Made by a program: the position numbers and the translations under genes. A stretch of 64,000 nt of DNA, from the NCBI RefSeq assembly GCF_009914755.1, contig NC_060942.1. One strand, given 5' to 3'. This document shows positions 63,439 through 64,000 of the stretch, piece after piece. The stretch is from the human T2T-CHM13v2.0 reference genome, Homo sapiens. How positions within the stretch are numbered: the first letter of the stretch is position 1; each line of letters begins with the position of its first letter. The notes below the pieces were generated by a model that worked only from the letters and a program-made list of their open reading frames with translations, was not told the DNA's origin and did no database searches.

Positions 63439-64000
63439 TACAGGAGAAAGAGCATAGACACTACCCTAAGTCCCACAACCTAATCCCTGTTCTGCTGGTG
63501 CCAGGTCTGCGGCCTTAAGCAAATGCTGTGTCCCTCTGAGCCTGCTTCCTCTGCTTCCTCATCAGTAGAAAGTGGTTAGCAGTATCCACCTCTTAGAGCT
63601 GTGATAATGTGTGCAAAGCCGCCAGGACACTGCGGGGTCCTAGGCTTCCACGGAAACACCCGCCGTTCTCGAGGCGGATGGGCCACGAGCAGTCCTAGTG
63701 TTCTGTTGCCCTCGGAGTCTTTCACGGTCTTCTCGCTCACTTATTGGACCTGACTCAGGGGGAATGAAGAGTCTTCCCCCTGTACTCTTGCTCCATCTGT
63801 ACTCTTAAAGTAGGTCTTTCCAAACTCACTGACATGTTATTTCAAACGGTCTGGCAGCATTCAGGGCTGCGCGGAGTCCCCTGGAGATTCTGCTGCACCA
63901 GAGCATTGCCTGCCCTAGCATTTTAAAGTTATAATGAAATCCAAAGCAGATGTGCCAGATCTAGGCCGGCCTAGAGCAACCTGAATTTGTTTCTTGGGAA

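Overview
Human (primate) genomic DNA; a consensus-perfect AluYa5 points to human. The window is repeat-dense and apparently intergenic, and I find no supportable intact protein-coding gene. The one recognisable gene-derived feature is a minus-strand processed pseudogene of ARL2BP/BART (~50461-52892). It has lost its ATG, carries frameshifts and a premature stop, and contains an AluY in its CDS and a 36-bp CpG-rich minisatellite in its 3'UTR. It appears to sit inside a MER4-group LTR, at the same target site later reused by an L1PA, leaving three copies of one 13-bp target. The rest is about 30 Alus, L1PA/L1M fragments, solo LTRs (THE1, MST/MLT1, MER41A, LOR1-like, LTR47-like), MIR/L2, Tigger4b and MER58A. 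There is also an ancient CR1/L3 relic retaining both endonuclease and RT segments (~6480-10230). A CpG-rich block at ~56500-58500 carries a phased GTCACGTG/ETS cluster, a 24-bp palindrome and an extended CTCF motif. Splice-like signals and a 130-aa Kozak-context ORF at ~35.9-42.1 kb may mark a lncRNA (inference). Repeat subfamily names come from recalled consensus sequences, not from a search. My tentative guess of 18q23 (ARL2BPP1/LINC00683 area) is unverified. I see no convincing evidence of a wholly novel biological system.
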